Shown in pieces: positions 1 to 8,288 of a DNA stretch of 32,000 nt. The notes under the pieces are model-generated. The model was not told where the DNA came from, did not search any database, and was given only the letters and a program-made list of their open reading frames with translations. The position numbers and the translations under genes are program-made. Positions within the stretch are counted from its first letter, which is position 1. Each line of letters opens with the position of its first letter. Origin of the DNA: Idiomarina loihiensis L2TR (GTDB lineage Bacteria > Pseudomonadota > Gammaproteobacteria > Enterobacterales > Alteromonadaceae). The stretch is taken from positions 990,001-1,022,000 of the forward strand of contig NC_006512.1 in the NCBI RefSeq assembly GCF_000008465.1, given 5' to 3'.

Positions 1-175
1 CAACTACCGCCGACTGCCCAGGCACTTTGACAGACGGCTTTTCCCTCTCAATTAATAGTGCAGCATTTGCCAACGGCTGACCATCTGCGGCCACAACCTC
101 AACCGTTACGGTATCTGCAACTACGTTTTGAACCACAGATGCCATGAAAAAAACACCAACAAAAAATCGCTTCAC
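1..175 (-). CDS. 5' end of an exported protein of unknown function (partial, runs off the left edge)
   Basis: Too short for the ORF track. A minus-strand GTG at 175-173 is preceded by GGAGG (187-183, 7-nt spacer). It translates as MKRFFVGVFFMASVVQNVVA/DTVTVEVVAADGQPLANAALLIEREKPSVKVPGQSAVV and stays open to position 1. The N-terminus has a basic n-region, a hydrophobic core and an AxA-like cleavage site, so it looks like a Sec signal peptide. The mature start looks like a beta-sandwich, as on some TonB-dependent receptors, but that is only a guess. Confidence 0.5.
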   Translation of the reverse strand, partial: MKRFFVGVFFMASVVQNVVADTVTVEVVAADGQPLANAALLIEREKPSVKVPGQSAVV

Positions 176-260
176 ACAGGATCCTCCACAAAATCACCAT
201 TGGGCGCACATCAGTCAACCGTAACCGAAAAAACGAAATTGCGCTATGATTGGAGTACGT

Positions 261-287
261 ATTAATGATCCACTATGGTTCATTATT
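261..287. promoter_or_regulatory. Imperfect palindrome with Fur-box-like half sites in the divergent promoter region
   Basis: ATTAATGAT (261-269) and TTCATTATT (279-287) each match 7/9 of the Fur-box halves GATAATGAT and ATCATTATC. TAATGAtCCAcTaTGGtTCATTA (263-285) is 9/11 self-complementary. The halves are 9 nt apart instead of the canonical 1 nt. Confidence 0.3.
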
Positions 288-367
288 GGTATTTGAAATA
301 CTCAGTGGCGACATACTAATTTCGATACGAAGCTTTTACTCTTAAGCTTATGACAGGAGGGATATTC

Positions 368-1750
368 ATGAGTCAGGATTATCGCACAGAGAAAGACAGT
401 ATGGGCGAGGTCAAAGTCCTCTCAAAAGCACTTTATGCTGCACAAACTCAACGCGCCGTTGATAACTTTTCCATCAGCGGGTTAACCTTACCCACTCAGT
501 TAATACAAGCCATCGCAATGGTTAAAGCGAGTGCGGCCGGAGCAAACGCTAAAATCGGTCAGTTAGAAAAGGAACAGGCTGGCGCCATTATTAAAGCGGC
601 TAAAGAAATCATTAACGGTCAACACTTAGAGCACTTCCCTATCGATGTATTTCAAACCGGTTCAGGCACCAGTTCCAATATGAATGTGAACGAGGTTATT
701 GCCAATTTAGCTAAACAAAACGGTGTTGAAATTCACCCCAATGACCATGTAAACCAAAGCCAGTCAAGCAACGATGTTATACCTACCGCCATTCAGGTAG
801 CGAGTGTGCTGGCTGTAGAAAAACAGTTAGAACCGGCTTTAAAAGGTCTTATTGACACCATTCGCAAGAAAGCCATTGAGCTACGCAATGTGGTAAAAAC
901 CGGCAGAACCCATTTAATGGATGCCATGCCAATGACCATGGCGCAAGAACTTGAAGCCTGGGCGGGTCAGTTGGACATTACCGCTGAACAACTTCCACAG
1001 TTATTGCAGCGCAGCCGAGTTCTTCCTCAGGGCGGTACAGCAATAGGTACCGGAATAAATGCCCCTAAAGAATTCGCAGCTGAGTTTGCCGAACAGTTGA
1101 CTCAGCTTAGCGGCAGTGACTTTAAACACTCCGCGAACCCTTTTACGGGTATTGCCGGACAGGAAATCAATTTACAACTCTCGGCACAACTGAATACGCT
1201 GGCGACTACCTTACTCAAAGTCAGTAACGACTTACGCTGGATGAACAGTGGACCACTGGCGGGCTTAGGCGAAATTCAGCTAACCGCATTACAACCCGGA
1301 AGCAGTATTATGCCGGGTAAAGTGAACCCGGTTATTCCGGAAGCTGTAGCTATGGTTGCCGCTCAGGTAAATGGTAATCACACCACAATTACAACCGCAG
1401 CTCAGCAAGGCAACTTCCAGCTAAACGTTATGCTGCCGGTTATTGGCTACAACTTACTACAGTCCATTAATATACTCAGTAACAGTTGTGAAGCTCTGGC
1501 AAGCAAAGCTATTGCCGACTTCGAGGTTAATGAAGAGCGACTGCAACAAGCTTTAGCGAAAAACCCTATTCTGGTAACGGCTCTTAATCCGGTCATTGGC
1601 TACAATAAGGCCGCTGAAATTGCCAAAGTAGCTTATAAAGATGGCAGAGCCATTATCGATGTTGCTGATGAGATGACCGACTTAGGTCGTGACCGGCTGG
1701 AGCACTTGCTGGACCCGAAAAAATTAACTGAAGGTGGCGTTAGCGAATAG
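368..1750 (+). CDS. fumC: Class II fumarate hydratase
   Basis: Colinear with E. coli FumC (starts MSQDYRTEKDSMGEVKV). It has QTGSGTSSNMNVNEV and the lyase-1 signature GSSIMPGKVNP. I place the start at ATG 368 rather than 350, because AGGAGG at 356-361 is a well-spaced SD for 368. Confidence 0.95.
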   Translation: MSQDYRTEKDSMGEVKVLSKALYAAQTQRAVDNFSISGLTLPTQLIQAIAMVKASAAGANAKIGQLEKEQAGAIIKAAKEIINGQHLEHFPIDVFQTGSGTSSNMNVNEVIANLAKQNGVEIHPNDHVNQSQSSNDVIPTAIQVASVLAVEKQLEPALKGLIDTIRKKAIELRNVVKTGRTHLMDAMPMTMAQELEAWAGQLDITAEQLPQLLQRSRVLPQGGTAIGTGINAPKEFAAEFAEQLTQLSGSDFKHSANPFTGIAGQEINLQLSAQLNTLATTLLKVSNDLRWMNSGPLAGLGEIQLTALQPGSSIMPGKVNPVIPEAVAMVAAQVNGNHTTITTAAQQGNFQLNVMLPVIGYNLLQSINILSNSCEALASKAIADFEVNEERLQQALAKNPILVTALNPVIGYNKAAEIAKVAYKDGRAIIDVADEMTDLGRDRLEHLLDPKKLTEGGVSE

Positions 1751-1774
1751 CGCCTCTGGTATTTGGAGTACAAA

Positions 1775-2443
1775 ATGAGTCAACAACAAGTTTTAATTAC
1801 CGGTGCAAACCGCGGCATTGGCTACGAGTTTGCGCGCCAGTACGCTGACAAAGGCTATAAAGTTATTGCGGTTTGCCGTAACAACTCAAAGCAACTGACT
1901 GAGTTAGATGTCGATATTATTGAAGGCATTGATGTTACAAAAGCGTCAGATCTTCTTCGTCTTACGGAAAGCATCGGTGATAAAAAAATTGATGTTTTAA
2001 TTAATAACGCTGGACTGCTTCATAAAGACGAACTGGGTGAACTAGACGCCGGCAATATCCGTGCTCAATTTGAGGTCAATGCGTTAGCCCCGCTACGAGT
2101 CACTGAAGCTCTGCTTAAAAACTTGACGGGCGGCAGCAAGGTGGCATTGATTACCAGTCGTATGGGTTCCATTGGCGATAATGGTTCCGGTAGTCGTTAT
2201 GGTTACCGAATGTCAAAAGCCGCATTAAATGCAGCGGGCAAATCTCTGGCGCTGGACCTAAAAGATAAAGGTATTTCCGTTGTTCTGCTGCATCCGGGCT
2301 TTGTACAAACCGAGATGGTTAACCACGCCGGAGATATTCCACCGGAAACCGCAGCTGAACGTTTAATGCAACGCATTGAAGAATTGAATTTAGATACCAC
2401 CGGACAGTTTTTTCATAGCAACGGAGAAAGCCTGCCCTGGTGA
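1775..2443 (+). CDS. Short-chain dehydrogenase/reductase (C-factor-like SDR), substrate unknown
   Basis: Has the cofactor motif TGANRGIG, NNAG, and the catalytic YRMSK (YxxxK). ATG 1775 has GGAG 6 nt upstream and is preferred over TTG 1763. Confidence 0.85.
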   Translation: MSQQQVLITGANRGIGYEFARQYADKGYKVIAVCRNNSKQLTELDVDIIEGIDVTKASDLLRLTESIGDKKIDVLINNAGLLHKDELGELDAGNIRAQFEVNALAPLRVTEALLKNLTGGSKVALITSRMGSIGDNGSGSRYGYRMSKAALNAAGKSLALDLKDKGISVVLLHPGFVQTEMVNHAGDIPPETAAERLMQRIEELNLDTTGQFFHSNGESLPW

Positions 2444-2519
2444 TTTGCTGCCTTTTTAAGCAAATAACTGCTTTTTTGCTCAAACGCGCCCGTTAATATC
2501 GTTTTTTCTCAAAAATAGG

Positions 2520-2548
2520 TTGACGGGCTGCGGAGCGATTTGCATAAT
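2520..2548 (+). promoter_or_regulatory. Sigma70 promoter of the tRNA operon (stringent-type)
   Basis: TTGACG (2520-2525), 17-nt spacer, CATAAT (2543-2548) with TG just upstream. A GC-rich discriminator ACGCGCCGC follows, and an A/T-rich UP-like tract (gttttttctcaaaaatagg) lies just upstream. It sits about 40 nt before tRNA-Met. Confidence 0.6.
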
Positions 2549-2587
2549 ACGCGCCGCACTCACAGAGAGCGGTAAGTAAAAAGGTAT

Positions 2588-2664
2588 GGCTACGTAGCTC
2601 AGCTGGTTAGAGCACAGCACTCATAATGCTGGGGTCGCAAGTTCGAATCTCGCCGTAGCCACCA
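2588..2664 (+). tRNA. metT: tRNA-Met (CAT), elongator type
   Basis: 77 nt. The acceptor stem GGCTACG/CGTAGCC pairs, the anticodon loop is CTCATAA, and the 3' end is CCA. It is near-identical in layout to E. coli metT/metU. It is not initiator type (no C1:A72) and not ileX-like. Confidence 0.93.
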
Positions 2665-2683
2665 ACCTTTAACTGATAATGAT

Positions 2684-2768
2684 GCGGACGTGGTGGAATT
2701 GGTAGACACGCTGGATTTAGGTTCCAGTGCCTCACGGCGTGAGAGTTCAAGTCTCTCCGTCCGCACCA
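2684..2768 (+). tRNA. leuW: tRNA-Leu (TAG), class II with long variable arm
   Basis: 85 nt. The acceptor stem is GCGGACG/CGTCCGC, the anticodon stem-loop is CTGGA-TTTAGGT-TCCAG, and there is a long variable arm and an encoded CCA. Confidence 0.93.
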
Positions 2769-2789
2769 ACTCTCAGAGCCAGCTAAAAT

Positions 2790-2864
2790 TGGGGCATAGC
2801 CAAGCGGTAAGGCAGCGGGTTTTGATCCCGCGATTCCCAGGTTCGATCCCTGGTGCCCCAGCCA
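2790..2864 (+). tRNA. glnU: tRNA-Gln (TTG)
   Basis: 75 nt. The acceptor stem is TGGGGCA/TGCCCCA, the anticodon loop is TTTTGAT, and CCA is encoded. It resembles E. coli glnU/glnW. Confidence 0.93.
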
Positions 2865-2901
2865 TTAGTTGTTTCCAAAAGTGATTGCCATCTTAGTAGG
2901 A

Positions 2902-2976
2902 TGGGGCATAGCCAAGCGGTAAGGCAGCGGGTTTTGATCCCGCGATTCCCAGGTTCGATCCCTGGTGCCCCAGCCA
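2902..2976 (+). tRNA. glnW: tRNA-Gln (TTG), exact duplicate of 2790-2864
   Basis: All 75 nt are identical to the preceding copy. The 37-nt spacer between the copies is unrelated to the upstream spacer. Confidence 0.93.
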
Positions 2977-2990
2977 TACTAACTACTGTT

Positions 2991-3077
2991 GCGGTGGTGG
3001 CGGAATTGGTAGACGCGCTAGCTTCAGGTGCTAGTGTCCGTAAGGACGTGGGGGTTCAAGTCCCCCCCTCCGCACCA
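2991..3077 (+). tRNA. tRNA-Leu (CAG), class II
   Basis: 87 nt. The anticodon stem-loop is CTAGC-TTCAGGT-GCTAG, the variable arm is GTCC-GTAA-GGAC, the T arm is GGGGG-TTCAAGT-CCCCC, and CCA is encoded. The acceptor stem GCGGTGG/CCTCCGC has one U5-U68 mismatch. Confidence 0.88.
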
Positions 3078-3121
3078 CTTTATTTGAGTATAATTTTACT
3101 CAAGTAAAAGTGGAAAAACAG

Positions 3122-3147
3122 AAAGGCCACCTTAAGGTGGTTTTTTT
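3122..3147. terminator. Rho-independent terminator shared by the tRNA operon (+) and the convergent hydroxylase gene (-)
   Basis: CCACC-TTAA-GGTGG hairpin (3127-3140) followed by T7 on the plus strand. On the minus strand the same hairpin is followed by CCTTTCTGTTTTT. The stem is short (5 bp, extendable by A-T and G-U pairs). Confidence 0.6.
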
Positions 3148-3154
3148 GTGCCTG

Positions 3155-4297
3155 TTATTCGCCCACAGCCTGCTTTAACAACCAACGCTTAACCCACGGA
3201 AAAGCCGCTACTTTCAAGGATGCTGCGGTTGCAAACTGCATAACTGGATTACGACTGCGCCAACCAAACTGTATGGCATCCATCATTCTCATCATTTTCG
3301 CGTTTTCGCCTTGCCGGGTCTTTTCGTATTTATCCAAAGCTACGCTTGGAGTATTTTCCTGTAGTACCTCAACCAGACAGCGAACATCGGCAAACCCCAG
3401 ATTAACGCCCTGCCCGGCCATAGGGTGAATACTGTGAGCAGCATCGCCTAATAAAACAATAGAGCCTTCTTTAACGTAGTGTGCAGCATGTTTTCTCTGC
3501 AGCGCAAAACTAGCGCTTTTAAGTACCCGGAAATTACCGATATGGGGAGAAAAGGTCTCTCGCAAATAAGCTTCAAGACCCGCCTTGTCTCTCTGCAGGG
3601 AGTTGATGTTGTCACGTAAGCCGTAGTCTATAAGGCAAGCTTGTTGCTCGGTCAATGGCAGTAGAGCATAAGGCCCCTGCGGGCGAAAAACTTCCCAGGT
3701 TTCAGGTTCTATCGGCTTTTCCAGACTGACATTAGCTAATAAGCAACGTTGCTCGTAGTCCCAGCCCCGATAATGAAAACCAGCAAGCTGCGCCACTATA
3801 GAATTGGCTCCGTCACAGCCCAACAACAGATCATAACTGAGCGTATCGCCCTGACTTAAAACCACTGTTTTTGTCCCGGCATTGAGTTTATCGAGCGTTT
3901 CGCCTTCTCGTAAATCAACGTTCTTAAGAGAGCGCAGTTTTGTCCATAGCGCAAGCTGCAAAGCATTATTTTCGACCATAACGCCAAGTTTGGATAAGCC
4001 CGCTTCATTCGCCTGAAAGCTCAGGTTATGGCCACTTTGCGATGTTACGCTCAGTTTCTGATAATCGAAAACCCGCTGCTGACGCACACAAACGCCAATG
4101 CCTAACTCTAGCAACCATTCCCAATTGCTATTATTCACAGACGATATGCGTAAATCCCAATCAGGGTCTGTACCGCTGTCTTTTCCCGGAGGAAAAGGTT
4201 CAAGTAAGGTCACATTTGCACCGTGCTGCGCTAATGCCAGCGCTGCCGACGCACCAACCATTCCGCCGCCATTTATTAATACTGATAGCTGTTTCAT
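3155..4297 (-). CDS. ubiF: FAD-dependent ubiquinone-biosynthesis hydroxylase (UbiH/UbiF/VisC/COQ6 family)
   Basis: Has the N-terminal dinucleotide fold INGGGMVGASAALALA and the family motif GDAAHSIHPMAGQGVNLGFADV. The ubiF symbol rests only on synteny: in E. coli ubiF lies between miaB and the metT tRNA operon. Confidence 0.8.
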   Translation of the reverse strand: MKQLSVLINGGGMVGASAALALAQHGANVTLLEPFPPGKDSGTDPDWDLRISSVNNSNWEWLLELGIGVCVRQQRVFDYQKLSVTSQSGHNLSFQANEAGLSKLGVMVENNALQLALWTKLRSLKNVDLREGETLDKLNAGTKTVVLSQGDTLSYDLLLGCDGANSIVAQLAGFHYRGWDYEQRCLLANVSLEKPIEPETWEVFRPQGPYALLPLTEQQACLIDYGLRDNINSLQRDKAGLEAYLRETFSPHIGNFRVLKSASFALQRKHAAHYVKEGSIVLLGDAAHSIHPMAGQGVNLGFADVRCLVEVLQENTPSVALDKYEKTRQGENAKMMRMMDAIQFGWRSRNPVMQFATAASLKVAAFPWVKRWLLKQAVGE

Positions 4298-4385
4298 GTA
4301 CCGCGCGCTCTCTCCTCACATTCCCGCTAACCCTTATAAATAACACATCTCGTGGTGAATTTCCGTTATCATAGTCAATAAGACG

Positions 4386-5273
4386 ATGTTCAGAGTGTTT
4401 TTTATGCAGACCAGGGAAAGTTCACAAAAAGCGGTCATTATTGCTTCTTTGCTTATTTTAAGTGCCGAAGCCAGTTTTGCAGGCGTCAGTGCGCTGGTTA
4501 AATACATCAGTCAGGATCAACCTTTCGAGCAATTGGTCTTTTTTCGTAACCTGATGGCCTTTCTCGTTCTTCTTCCCTGGTTATGGCGAAAAGGTCTTGG
4601 CAACTTAAAAACAGAACGCCTGAAACTGCACCTTATTCGTGGTGCTGCGGGCATTGCCGCTATGTACTTGTTTTTCTACGCTATTGCGACAATTCCGCTG
4701 GCGCAGGCTACTCTGGTTCTGTTGCTGTCCCCCTTTTTAATTCCAGTTATTGGCTGGCTTTGGCTACACGACTATGTGGCTAAACAAACCTGGCTGGCTA
4801 TTGGGCTGGGTTTTATTGGTGTCTTTATTTTTCTCGACCCTATGAACAGCGAGCTTTCACCTGTCATCGGGTTAGCCTTTTTAGCCGCCGCATTCGCAGC
4901 CTTCACCAAAACCGTCATTCGCCGCATGTCGGACACCGAATCGACAAGTAAAATTGTATTTTATTTTTCTACTCTGGCCACCATTGCTTCAGGGCTTCCG
5001 CTGCTGTGGTTGTGGCAACCTATTCCAACTCAGCACTGGCTTGGAGTTGTTGTTATGGGCTTGCTGGCAGTTTATGGGCAATTGGCTATGACCAAAGCTT
5101 TTTCCATCGCCCCACCAGCAAAGGTTGGAGTGTTTACTTACAGCTCAGTTTTGTTCGCCGCTTTACTCGGCTACTGGTTATTTGGAGAGGAACTTGCCTG
5201 GCACATGCTGTGGGGCGCGTTAATCATTGTTGTTGCAGGCTATTTTGCCATACGAACACGGCGCAAAAGTTAA
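4386..5273 (+). CDS. EamA/DMT-family permease (about 10 TM helices), substrate unknown
   Basis: Hydrophobic throughout, with two EamA-like halves. The start is uncertain (ATG 4386 or ATG 4404) because neither has a strong SD. Confidence 0.75.
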   Translation: MFRVFFMQTRESSQKAVIIASLLILSAEASFAGVSALVKYISQDQPFEQLVFFRNLMAFLVLLPWLWRKGLGNLKTERLKLHLIRGAAGIAAMYLFFYAIATIPLAQATLVLLLSPFLIPVIGWLWLHDYVAKQTWLAIGLGFIGVFIFLDPMNSELSPVIGLAFLAAAFAAFTKTVIRRMSDTESTSKIVFYFSTLATIASGLPLLWLWQPIPTQHWLGVVVMGLLAVYGQLAMTKAFSIAPPAKVGVFTYSSVLFAALLGYWLFGEELAWHMLWGALIIVVAGYFAIRTRRKS

Positions 5274-5284
5274 TCATTTCAAAC

Positions 5285-5314
5285 TTGGCAATCTGCTCCA
5301 ATACGCGATAAAAT
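5285..5314 (+). promoter_or_regulatory. Candidate sigma70 promoter for the miaB-ybeZ-ybeY-corC-lnt operon
   Basis: TTGGCA (5285-5290), 18-nt spacer, TAAAAT (5309-5314), about 39 nt before the miaB ATG. Confidence 0.4.
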
Positions 5315-5352
5315 AAGCGCCTTATACGAAATCCATCAACCATCGAGTGGTC

Positions 5353-6792
5353 ATGAGTAAGAAGTTATATATCAAAACCTGGGGTTGCCAGATGAACGAG
5401 TACGATTCCACCAAAATGGCGGAATTGCTCCACTCAACCCACGGCTACGATGTTGCCGAAGAAGCCGAAGATGCCGATCTCATTCTTTTGAACACCTGTT
5501 CCATCCGCGAAAAAGCGCAGGAAAAGGTTTTTCACCAGTTAGGTCGCTGGAAAAACCTGAAAAAGAACAATCCGAATTTATTGATTGGTGTTGGTGGCTG
5601 CGTTGCTTCTCAGGAAGGCAATGAAATACGCGCCCGCGCGCCTTTTGTCGATATTATCTTTGGCCCTCAAACCTTGCACCGCTTACCGGAAATGGTTAAT
5701 CAGGTCAGCGAGACTCATGCGCCTATGGTTGACGTCTCTTTTCCTGAAATTGAAAAGTTTGACCGTCTAGCCGAGCCTAAAGCAGACGGTGCCAGTGCTT
5801 TTGTCTCTATTATGGAAGGCTGCAGCAAATATTGCTCATTCTGTGTTGTGCCTTACACTCGTGGTGAAGAAGTCAGTCGCCCGGTTGATGATGTCATTTA
5901 TGAAATTGCACAACTAGCGGAACAAGGCGTCCGTGAAGTAAACCTGTTAGGACAAAACGTTAACGCCTATCGCGGTGAGCATTACGACGGCGAAGTGTGC
6001 CGCTTTGCTGAATTGCTGCACCTGGTTGCGGCAATTGATGGTATTGATCGGATTCGCTATACCACATCGCATCCGGTTGAATTTACAGACGACATTACCG
6101 AAGCCTATAAAACCATTCCGGAGCTGGTCAGCCATTTACACTTACCAGTACAAAGTGGTTCAGACCGTATATTGACCATGATGAAGCGTGGTCACACGGC
6201 GTTGGAATACAAATCGAAAATTCGCGCCTTGAAAAAAGCGCGCCCTGATATCGCCATGTCATCAGATTTTATCATCGGTTTCCCCGGCGAAAGCGATGCC
6301 GATTTTGAAGCAACCATGGATCTTATCCAGAGCATTGACTTCGACATGAGCTTCAGCTTTATTTATAGTGCTCGCCCGGGAACGCCAGCGGCTGATTTAC
6401 CTGACGACATTAGTGAAGAAACCAAGAAAAAGCGGCTGCAGCTATTACAGCAACGTTTGAACCAACAGTCTATGGCGCACGCTCGTCGTATGCTGGAGAC
6501 AGAGCAACGCATATTGGTTACCGGACCATCGAAAAAGAACCCGATGGAGCTTACCGGACGCACTGAAAACAATCGGGTTGTAAATTTTGTTGGTCAACCC
6601 CATATGATTGGGCAGTTCGTTGATGTACGTATTACCGAAGTTCTTCCTAACTCGCTACGCGGTGAGTTAATTCGGGAAGAAGCCGATATGGGGCTTCGTG
6701 TAGATACGGCACCAGAAATTATTTTGCAAAGAGGAAAATCGAGCGAGCCTGATGAATTAGGCGTTGTTCGAATGCCTCGACAAGCCAGTTAA
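5353..6792 (+). CDS. miaB: tRNA-i6A37 methylthiotransferase
   Basis: Begins [19 protein letters not shown] like E. coli MiaB. It has the radical-SAM motif CSKYCSFC and a C-terminal TRAM-like region. ATG 5353 is preferred over GTG 5347 by alignment to the E. coli N-terminus. Confidence 0.95.
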   Translation: MSKKLYIKTWGCQMNEYDSTKMAELLHSTHGYDVAEEAEDADLILLNTCSIREKAQEKVFHQLGRWKNLKKNNPNLLIGVGGCVASQEGNEIRARAPFVDIIFGPQTLHRLPEMVNQVSETHAPMVDVSFPEIEKFDRLAEPKADGASAFVSIMEGCSKYCSFCVVPYTRGEEVSRPVDDVIYEIAQLAEQGVREVNLLGQNVNAYRGEHYDGEVCRFAELLHLVAAIDGIDRIRYTTSHPVEFTDDITEAYKTIPELVSHLHLPVQSGSDRILTMMKRGHTALEYKSKIRALKKARPDIAMSSDFIIGFPGESDADFEATMDLIQSIDFDMSFSFIYSARPGTPAADLPDDISEETKKKRLQLLQQRLNQQSMAHARRMLETEQRILVTGPSKKNPMELTGRTENNRVVNFVGQPHMIGQFVDVRITEVLPNSLRGELIREEADMGLRVDTAPEIILQRGKSSEPDELGVVRMPRQAS

Positions 6793-6807
6793 GTAAAGAG
6801 GAAACGA

Positions 6808-7797
6808 TTGAGACCACAAACACAGACACTTGATTTTGAGCTAGAGCCGACGGATTCACGTCGGCTTTCCAATCTCTGCGGCCCTTTAGACGAGAATCTG
6901 AAGCATATAGAGCGTCGCCTCGGCGTAGAAATAACACACCGCGGTCATCAGTTTCAGTTGATAGGTCACGCAGCCAGCGTTGCAGCCGTGCACAAATTAT
7001 TACTCGATCTCTACATTGAGACGGCAACCGTAAAAGGCAAAGAAGGCCAGGTTGAACCCGAACAAGTTCACCTGGCCATTCAGCAGGCCAAAGTTCTTGA
7101 GCAAAGCGACGATCAAGGCGATCCTGCCGCTGAAAAAATGACTCACATTAAAACCAAACGCGGCTTAATTAAGCCTCGCAATCATAATCAGGCGGGTTAT
7201 GTTCGTGCCATTCTGGCTCATGACGTTAATTTTGGTATTGGACCTGCCGGTACCGGAAAAACTTATCTGGCAGTAGCTTGTGCAGTAGATGCTTTGGAAC
7301 GTCAGGAAGTGCGCCGTATTCTCTTAACTCGTCCGGCGGTAGAGGCGGGTGAAAAGCTGGGTTTCTTACCGGGAGACTTAGCTCAGAAAGTAGACCCTTA
7401 CTTGCGCCCTCTTTATGACGCTTTATTTGAAATGCTCGGCTTTGAAAAAGTTGAAAAGCTGATTGAGCGTAACGTCATTGAGGTGGCTCCGTTAGCATAC
7501 ATGCGTGGTCGAACGCTGAATGATGCCTTCATTATTTTAGATGAAAGCCAGAATACCACTTGTGAACAAATGAAGATGTTTCTGACCCGTATTGGTTTTA
7601 ATTCACGAGCGGTCATTACCGGCGACATCACTCAGGTGGATTTACCCCGCGGTCAACGCTCAGGGTTAAGGCACGCCATTGAGGTACTAAATAAAGTAAC
7701 AGACATTAGCTTTACCTTCTTTCAAGCTGGCGATGTCGTGCGTCACCCCGTAGTGCAGCGCATCGTTCAAGCCTACGAGGAATTCGATAAAAGCTAA
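6808..7797 (+). CDS. ybeZ: PhoH-like ATPase
   Basis: Has the Walker A motif GPAGTGKTYLA and a Walker B-like ILDESQN. The N-terminus parallels E. coli YbeZ. The start is TTG, with AAGAGGAAA upstream. Confidence 0.9.
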   Translation: MRPQTQTLDFELEPTDSRRLSNLCGPLDENLKHIERRLGVEITHRGHQFQLIGHAASVAAVHKLLLDLYIETATVKGKEGQVEPEQVHLAIQQAKVLEQSDDQGDPAAEKMTHIKTKRGLIKPRNHNQAGYVRAILAHDVNFGIGPAGTGKTYLAVACAVDALERQEVRRILLTRPAVEAGEKLGFLPGDLAQKVDPYLRPLYDALFEMLGFEKVEKLIERNVIEVAPLAYMRGRTLNDAFIILDESQNTTCEQMKMFLTRIGFNSRAVITGDITQVDLPRGQRSGLRHAIEVLNKVTDISFTFFQAGDVVRHPVVQRIVQAYEEFDKS

Positions 7798-8288
7798 TGG
7801 CTGATTTAACACTAGACTATCAACTGGCTGACGGTATTACCAAAGCTCCAGAGGAAAACGCTGTCCACAGTTGGGTCGCAGCCACTCTGGATTATCTGCA
7901 AGAAAATGATAAAGCGGTTGAGCTAACGGTGCGCATTGCTGCATTAGAAGAAGCTCAGCAGTTGAATAATGAGTTCCGTAATAAAGATTACGCCACCAAT
8001 GTTTTGTCTTTCCCCTTCAATAGCCCGGTCGAATTACCCGTCACTTTGTTAGGTGATTTGGTTATCTGTCAGAGCGTCGTTGAACGTGAAGCTGAAGAGC
8101 AACAAAAGTCAGCCATCGACCACTGGACGCATATGGTGATACACGGTACTCTCCACCTATTAGGTTACGATCATATTGAAGACGACGAAGCCGAAGAAAT
8201 GGAACAAATTGAACGTAACATCTTAGCGAGTCTGGGAATATCAGACCCGTATCAAACCGCAGACAACATGGAGCTTAACACTCAATGA
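7797..8288 (+). CDS. ybeY: Endoribonuclease YbeY (16S rRNA 3'-end maturation)
   Basis: Has the metal-binding motif HGTLHLLGYDH. A TAATG junction couples it to ybeZ. Confidence 0.93.
   Translation: MADLTLDYQLADGITKAPEENAVHSWVAATLDYLQENDKAVELTVRIAALEEAQQLNNEFRNKDYATNVLSFPFNSPVELPVTLLGDLVICQSVVEREAEEQQKSAIDHWTHMVIHGTLHLLGYDHIEDDEAEEMEQIERNILASLGISDPYQTADNMELNTQ

Noticed and set aside
330-349. AAGCTT-n8-AAGCTT inverted repeat in the fumC leader, just before the SD.
   Set aside because: It is only a 6-bp A/T-rich stem with no extension, which is too weak to claim a regulatory structure.
2444-2480. Alternative TTTGCT/AGCAAA/TTTTGCT pairings after the SDR gene that could form a terminator.
   Set aside because: The stems are 5-6 bp and A/T-rich with large loops. 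The evidence is not convincing.
2690-3107. Three track ORFs (2690-2884 +, 2783-2977 -, 2853-3107 +) that span the tRNA cluster.
   Set aside because: They are read straight through five canonical cloverleaf tRNA genes, so they are artefacts of stop-poor structured RNA sequence.
4042-4374. ORFs of 110 aa and 81 aa antisense to the 5' end of the ubiF-like gene. Similar internal or antisense track ORFs occur inside miaB, leuS, holA, mrdA, rodA, mltB, pnp and truB (for example 29784-29978 and 29832-30053).
   Set aside because: All lie inside or antisense to confidently identified conserved genes. They lack SD context and have low-complexity, motif-free translations.
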